Shown: in pieces, positions 17,241 to 22,193 of the stretch | Layout of the letters: every line of letters starts with the position of its first letter | Numbering within the stretch: position 1 is the first letter of the stretch | DNA from: an uncultured Deinococcales bacterium | Lineage (GTDB): Bacteria; Deinococcota; Deinococci; Deinococcales; JAAFIG01 | Assembly: GCA_964244895.1 (NCBI GenBank) | Contig: CAXTKV010000072.1 | Location: 1 to 22,193, forward strand | Direction of reading: 5' to 3' | DNA: 22,193 nucleotides | Translations under genes and position numbers: made by a program | Notes under the pieces: generated by a model | Seen by the model: the letters and a program-made list of their open reading frames with translations, nothing else | What the model was told of the DNA's origin: nothing | Databases searched by the model: none

Positions 17241-17301
17241 AAGAACACCGTCGTAGACGCCATGCCCACATAAGAACACCGTCCAGAACGGTGTTCTTAT
17301 G
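17241..17301. repeat. Intergenic palindromic repeat copy 5 (short form plus an extra degenerate arm)
   Basis: Perfect 14-bp hairpin CATAAGAACACCGT-CCAGA-ACGGTGTTCTTATG (17269-17301), preceded by the lone arm AAGAACACCGTCGTAGACGC (17241-17260). Confidence 0.85.
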
Positions 17302-17419
17302 GTACCCGATTCGGTGCTCGGGGCGCGTCACGAATCTCTTGTACCCGACCCGAGCGCGGGAAACACGGCCCAAGCCTCCGCGTTTCGAAGCGACTGCGAT
17401 GGCGGATCGCGGAGACCTC

Positions 17420-17469
17420 TTGACACCGATACGCCGAATGCGCTACCGTGACCAACGTTTACTAAACAA
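17420..17469 (+). promoter_or_regulatory. Promoter of the ABC-GH5 operon with LacI operator copy 3
   Basis: Consensus TTGACA (17420-17425), 18 nt, TACCGT (17444-17449). GTTTACTAAACAA at 17457-17469 lies at the expected +1. Confidence 0.7.
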
Positions 17470-17561
17470 CACTTCGAGAGGTTCGGCAACGGCTCTGGTG
17501 GGTTTTGCATCGGCGGATTTCGCTGACGCTCAACCGTGCCTCGAGCAGAGGAGGAACGTAT

Positions 17562-18923
17562 ATGAACAAGGCAACGCTCAAACGTCTCGCAACCATCGGA
17601 CTCGGCGGCATCGCGCTGGTCAGCCTGATGGCCACCGCCCAGAGCGGTCGCACCAAAGTCACGTGGTTCGTCGGAATCGGGACGGGCGGGCAACCTCAAC
17701 AGATCGAAGCCGAAAAAGCCGCCGTCGAGCGCTACAACAAATCTCAGGAAAAAATTGAACTCAACCTCGAGATCATCGACTACAACTCGGCCCGAGATAA
17801 CCTCTCCACACGAATTGCGGCGGGCAACTCGCCGGACCTGGTCGGGCCGGTCGGCAACTCTGGTGCGAACTGGTTCAAGGGTCAATGGGCTGACCTCGAC
17901 CCTTACGTCACCAAGTACAAGCCTGACCTTTCGGGAATCGAACCCTCGTTGCTCAAGTTTTACAAGGAATCGCAAGAAGGTACGGGCTTGCCCTACGCCG
18001 TGTACCCCAGCTTCTTGTTCTACAACAAGGCGCTCTTCGACGAGGCAAAACTGGCCTACCCACCGGCAAAAATTGGCGAAAAGTACCAGGGCCAGACCTG
18101 GGACTGGAACGCCCTGCGCAGCCTGGCCATGAAACTGACCTACGACGGCAAAGGCAATACCGCGATGGACAAGAACTTCGATGCCAAGAACATCGCCACC
18201 TACGGCTTCATCAGCCAGTGGACGCTGGACAGCATCCCGTCGATCGGTTCGCAGTTCAAAGCGGCCAGCCTGGTTCAAAACGGCAAAGCCGTGATCGATC
18301 CGCAGTGGGTGGCTGCGCTGCGCTTCTACTACAACGGCATCTGGAAAGACCACTTCATGCCCAACCAGGACGCCATGAACAGCGATCTTCTGGGACGCGG
18401 CAACTCGTTCAACTCCGGCAACATCGCCATGGCCTTCACGCACCTGTGGTACACCTGCTGCCTGGACGGTGGCAAGGACGCCAAGGTCAAGGATTGGGGT
18501 CTGGCGGTCGTGCCCAGTTACGGCGGCAAGACCACCGCGAAATTGCACGCCGACACCTTCCGCATCATGAAGGGCTCCAAGAACCAGGACGCGGCGTTCC
18601 AGGCGATGAGCTGGATCATGCAGCAAAAAGACCTGCTGGTCGCCTACGGTGCGTACCCCGCCGACGAACGCCTCCAGGACGACTACATCGCGGCGGTCAA
18701 CAAGAAATACGCACCCGTCAAGATCAACTGGCAGGTCGTCAAGGACAGCCTGAAGATCGTGGACGTCCCCAGCCACGAGCAGTACGTCCCGAACTTCACC
18801 AAGGTCGGAGACATTCAAACGAAGCTGATCACTAAGTTGCTGACGATTCCCGACCTGAACCTGACGGCGGAAGTCAACGCGACCCTCAACGAGATTCAGC
18901 GCGCCTTCGACGAAAAGAAGTGA
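17562..18923 (+). CDS. Carbohydrate ABC transporter substrate-binding protein
   Basis: AGAGGAGG SD then ATG 17562; Sec signal peptide ending MATA-Q; IAAGNSPDLVGP, LFYNKALFDEA, WDWNAL, FNSGNIAM. Followed by two permeases. Confidence 0.93.
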   Translation: MNKATLKRLATIGLGGIALVSLMATAQSGRTKVTWFVGIGTGGQPQQIEAEKAAVERYNKSQEKIELNLEIIDYNSARDNLSTRIAAGNSPDLVGPVGNSGANWFKGQWADLDPYVTKYKPDLSGIEPSLLKFYKESQEGTGLPYAVYPSFLFYNKALFDEAKLAYPPAKIGEKYQGQTWDWNALRSLAMKLTYDGKGNTAMDKNFDAKNIATYGFISQWTLDSIPSIGSQFKAASLVQNGKAVIDPQWVAALRFYYNGIWKDHFMPNQDAMNSDLLGRGNSFNSGNIAMAFTHLWYTCCLDGGKDAKVKDWGLAVVPSYGGKTTAKLHADTFRIMKGSKNQDAAFQAMSWIMQQKDLLVAYGAYPADERLQDDYIAAVNKKYAPVKINWQVVKDSLKIVDVPSHEQYVPNFTKVGDIQTKLITKLLTIPDLNLTAEVNATLNEIQRAFDEKK

Positions 18924-18952
18924 GCCTGATCTCGAGCCGATAGGCCCAAAAA

Positions 18953-18981
18953 CTTCCGCGCCGGATCATCTGGCGCGGAAG
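18953..18981 (+). other. Intercistronic stem-loop after the binding-protein gene (mRNA-stabilising or partial terminator)
   Basis: CTTCCGCGCCGGA-TCA-TCTGGCGCGGAAG forms a 13-bp stem with no U-tract on +; preceded by an A-run. Confidence 0.7.
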
Positions 18982-19074
18982 CGCATCTGAACCGCAAAAC
19001 ACCCCGGCCCGAGACAGGCTCGAAAACACGCTCCCCACGATGGTTCTCGGTGATTGACCGCCCGGAGATTGACC

Positions 19075-19998
19075 ATGATTGCAGCCAAACCGCGAGAATT
19101 GCGCCTCGAAGCGATAGAGCGCCGCTGGGGGTGGACGCTATTAAGTCCGTGGTTGCTCGGGCTGGTGCTGTTCACAGCGTTCCCGATGCTCTTGTCGCTG
19201 TTCCTGGCGTTCACGGATTACAACCTGGTCGCAGACGAACCCCTGAAATTTGTGGGGCTGCGCAACTGGTTGCTGTTGTTCAGCGACCCACAGATGCAGA
19301 AAGCCTTCACCAACACGCTCCGGTACATCGCTATCGTCGTACCCTTGTTGATTGCGAGCCCGTTCGCGCTGGCGCTGTTCCTAAACTCGAGACGTTTGTT
19401 GTTCAAAGGCTTGTTCATCACACTTTTTTACATCCCGCAATTGATTCCGCCCGTCGTGACTGGGATCATCTGGCAGGGGACGCTTTCCAACAGAGGGCCG
19501 GTCAATTCCGCTCTGGAAAGTCTGGGTATTCCTGGCCCGATGTGGCTTTCCGATGCCAGATGGGTCATCCCGGCCATCGCCATCATCGGCTTGTGGAGCA
19601 TCGGAACGACCACGTTGCAGCTGATGGCCGCGCTCAAGAACGTTCCCAAAGAACTCTACGAGGCGGCATTGATCGACGGTGCAAATTCGATCGTAACGTT
19701 CTTTCGGATCACGATCCCATTGACATCCTCGGTGCTTTTCTACAACATCGTGGTGGCCATCATCGGCGGCTTTCAGTACTTCACCATCAGCTTCCTGCTG
19801 TACCTCGGGCAGGGCGGGCCGGATGATGCGGCGCTCTTTTTCATGCTGAAACTGTTCAAGGAAGCCATCGTGTACCGCAACATGGGCTTCGCGTCCGCCA
19901 TGGCCTGGGCGATGCTGCTGGCGACATTGCTGATCACGCAAGTGCTGTTCGCCACGGCGCGGCGCTGGGTGTACTACGCCGGGGAGGATCGCAAGTGA
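19075..19998 (+). CDS. Carbohydrate ABC transporter permease (MalF-like)
   Basis: GGAG then ATG 19075 (the ORF extends to TTG 19054). SPWLLG..FTAFPM, FVGLRNW, EAA loop PKELYEAALIDGA, MGFASAMAW. Confidence 0.95.
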   Translation: MIAAKPRELRLEAIERRWGWTLLSPWLLGLVLFTAFPMLLSLFLAFTDYNLVADEPLKFVGLRNWLLLFSDPQMQKAFTNTLRYIAIVVPLLIASPFALALFLNSRRLLFKGLFITLFYIPQLIPPVVTGIIWQGTLSNRGPVNSALESLGIPGPMWLSDARWVIPAIAIIGLWSIGTTTLQLMAALKNVPKELYEAALIDGANSIVTFFRITIPLTSSVLFYNIVVAIIGGFQYFTISFLLYLGQGGPDDAALFFMLKLFKEAIVYRNMGFASAMAWAMLLATLLITQVLFATARRWVYYAGEDRK

Positions 19999-21074
19999 GT
20001 TCGATCACCGCAGAGGCCAGCAAACGCAGCCCGTCGATGCAGCGACAAAGCCTGAAACAATGGCGCGATATCGCGTTCTCAGCGCTGCTGACGGCCTTCG
20101 TGCTGTGGATGGCTTACGTCTACCTGACGCCGTTGTACCAGTCGATCCTGCAAAGCCTGAGCCAGCCGTCTCGAGAGGCCAACCAGCCGTCCTACCCTTC
20201 TGAAGCCAGAACCTTCGAGTACGACGCTCAGAAGCTCAACATGTACAGGGTTCCGGTGGACGGTCAGGTTCGCGAACTGGCGCTGCTCGAGCCCGGTCGC
20301 GCTCGGAGCGTGTTCATCGATCCCGCCGATCCGACGCGCAAAATCGAGTGGGAGGGGTCGTACAGGTCGCTGGATCGATTGTGGCTGCTCGCGCCGCGTT
20401 GGAGCAATTACCCGGAAGCCTGGAGGCGCATCAACTTCGGGCGGGCGCTCCTGAACACGGTCGCGCTGGCGCTCATCAGCACTATTGGCGTGATCCTTTC
20501 CGGCATCCTGGTGGCGTACGGTTTCGCGCGTTTTCGCGTGCCAGGCAAGCCCGTACTGATGACGGTTCTGACCATGACGATGATGCTGCCGCGCGAGGTG
20601 CTGTTCGTCTCGACGTACCTGATGTTCTATAAGTTGGGCTGGATCGGGACGTGGCTGCCGATGATCGTGCCGCCCTTTTTCGGTTCGGCCACCAGCATTT
20701 TCTTGTTGCGTCAGTTCTTCTTGAACATTCCCCGCGACCTGGACGAGGCCGCCATGATCGACGGCGCGAACCCCTTGCAGATTTTGTGGCACATCATCGT
20801 GCCGCTTTCCCGGCCAGCGATCATCGCGGTCGGGATCATCAACTTTATTTTCGTCTGGAACGACTTTTTCAACCCGACCCTGTACCTGGCGGGCAAGACC
20901 GAACTGATGCCGTTGGCGGTGATCGTGCGGTCGTTCTCCTCGAGTTACGGCGGAACCGATCCGCAACTGATTTCGGCTGCGGCCATGGTCGCCAGCTTGT
21001 TCCCGATCGCGTTGTTCTTGCTGGCGCAACGTCCGTTCGTGCGCGCCGTGATGATGCCGGGTCTAGACAAGTAA
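19995..21074 (+). CDS. Carbohydrate ABC transporter permease (MalG-like) with enlarged extracytoplasmic loop
   Basis: GTGA overlap with the previous gene; WSNYPEAW, AYGFARFR, FLLRQFF.NIPRDLDEAAMIDGA, WNDFFNP. Confidence 0.95.
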   Translation: MSSITAEASKRSPSMQRQSLKQWRDIAFSALLTAFVLWMAYVYLTPLYQSILQSLSQPSREANQPSYPSEARTFEYDAQKLNMYRVPVDGQVRELALLEPGRARSVFIDPADPTRKIEWEGSYRSLDRLWLLAPRWSNYPEAWRRINFGRALLNTVALALISTIGVILSGILVAYGFARFRVPGKPVLMTVLTMTMMLPREVLFVSTYLMFYKLGWIGTWLPMIVPPFFGSATSIFLLRQFFLNIPRDLDEAAMIDGANPLQILWHIIVPLSRPAIIAVGIINFIFVWNDFFNPTLYLAGKTELMPLAVIVRSFSSSYGGTDPQLISAAAMVASLFPIALFLLAQRPFVRAVMMPGLDK

Positions 21075-21119
21075 GCTGAGGTCTCGAGGTCAATAACTGT
21101 CTCACACGGTATGCCGCAC

Positions 21120-21146
21120 GAGAACACCGTCCAGTACGATGTTCTC
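21120..21146. repeat. Intergenic palindromic repeat copy 6 (short form)
   Basis: GAGAACACCGT-CCAGT-ACGATGTTCTC has 11-nt arms with one mismatch and the same AACACCGTCCAG core. Confidence 0.8.
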
Positions 21147-21177
21147 TCGTTCTCAGCCTCGAGATTCGGGGGGTCGT

Positions 21178-22191
21178 ATGCGCACTGGATCGTCGATCGT
21201 CACCGCCCTCTTTGGCCTGATCGCCTTCGGTATCGGGCAGTCACAGGACGCCACCGTGTTTGAAACCAATGCACTACTGGCCAGAACGGTCAACTTCGGT
21301 AACGCGCTCGAAGCGCCCTACGAAGGACAGTGGGGCATGAGGCTCGAGGAGCGCTATTTCGATCTGGTCGCGAGCGCCGGGTTCAGTGCCGTGCGGGTTC
21401 CCGCCAAATTCAGCGGGCACGCCGACAAGGAAGCGCCCTATAAACTCGACCGCGATTTCATGCTGCGGATCGACTGGGTGATTCAGAACGCGAAAAAACG
21501 CAATCTGGCGGTGATTCTGGATTTGCACAACGACGACGAGCTGATCCAGGAGCCCCAAGTCCACCGGGAGCGTTACCTGGCGATCTGGGATCAGATCGCT
21601 GAGCGCTACAAGAACCAGCCGCAGAGCGTGATTTTTGAACTCTGTAACGAACCCAACGGCAAGCTCGAGACCGTCTGGAACAGCTACCTCGCGCAGGCGT
21701 TGGCGGTCGTGCGCCAGACCAACCCGACGCGCGCCGTGATCGTCGGGCCCAACGGCTGGAACAACGCGGATCGGCTGGCGGATTTGCAACTGCCCGACGA
21801 CGACCACCTGATCGTGACCTTTCACGATTACACGCCCTTCGAGTTCACGCACCAGGGCGCGGAATGGTGGGCGGACGGCAACAAGCACCTGGGCACGCCC
21901 TGGAACGGCACGGAGGCCGAAAAGCGCGTTATCACGAATTACATGGATAAGGCTGTGGCGTATGGCGTGCGCGTCGGTAAACCAGTTTTCATGGGCGAAT
22001 TCGGGGCGTACAACAAGGGTGATCTGGAATCGCGGGTGCGTTGGACGCGGTTCACCCGCGAGGCGGCGGAGGCGCGAGGCTTCAGTTGGGGTTACTGGGA
22101 GTTCGGCGCGGGATTCGGCGTTTACGATCGCCAAAAAAATGTCTGGAACGCCGGGCTTCTGAAAGCCCTGATGCCGGATGCCAAACCCTGA
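21178..22191 (+). CDS. Secreted GH5 endoglucanase/endomannanase (Thermotoga Cel5A-like, GH5_25-type)
   Basis: Likely ATG 21178 with signal peptide; NFGNALEAP.EG.WG, AGFSAVRVP, FELCNEP (acid/base), PFEFTHQGAEW, FMGEFGAY (nucleophile), WGYWEFGAGFGVYD. TGA at 22189-22191. Confidence 0.92.
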   Translation: MRTGSSIVTALFGLIAFGIGQSQDATVFETNALLARTVNFGNALEAPYEGQWGMRLEERYFDLVASAGFSAVRVPAKFSGHADKEAPYKLDRDFMLRIDWVIQNAKKRNLAVILDLHNDDELIQEPQVHRERYLAIWDQIAERYKNQPQSVIFELCNEPNGKLETVWNSYLAQALAVVRQTNPTRAVIVGPNGWNNADRLADLQLPDDDHLIVTFHDYTPFEFTHQGAEWWADGNKHLGTPWNGTEAEKRVITNYMDKAVAYGVRVGKPVFMGEFGAYNKGDLESRVRWTRFTREAAEARGFSWGYWEFGAGFGVYDRQKNVWNAGLLKALMPDAKP

Positions 22192-22193
22192 GC

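Noticed and set aside
2238..21146. AACACCGTCCAG repeats as a CRISPR array or integron attC sites
   Set aside because: The copies are kilobases apart and separate housekeeping and operon genes. There is no repeat-spacer periodicity, no cas or integrase gene, and the ends do not fit the RYYYAAC...GTTRRRY pattern of attC sites.

Overview
GC-rich bacterial chromosomal window, probably from Deinococcota. This is inferred from the Thermus/Deinococcus-like PyrG C-terminus and from -10 boxes placed 6 nt before start codons, which suggests leaderless genes. Left to right it holds: the 3' part of a DUF3455-like gene; pyrG behind a ~220-nt structured leader; a small lipoprotein; and a five-gene signalling cluster (NarX/PilJ-type sensor-4xPAS histidine kinase, Rcp1-like receiver, REC-PAS-GGDEF-EAL, a second paralogous kinase, and a REC-PAS protein with no output domain). 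These are followed by a small hypothetical gene, ptb and buk, and a beta-mannan/glucan utilisation locus (GH2 beta-mannosidase, LacI regulator, ABC binding protein, two permeases, secreted GH5). Four non-gene signals stand out: (1) six intergenic palindromes with core AACACCGTCCAG, found only downstream of gene 3' ends; (2) roughly ten-fold excess of CTCGAG; (3) a pyrG leader that combines a pyrC/pyrD-like CCCGG start region, an SD-led 56-codon uORF ending on the pyrG ATG, and two hairpins; (4) a three-copy GTTTACTAAACAA operator for a LacI lacking the canonical hinge motif. All family calls come from motif recognition by eye; no searches were run.
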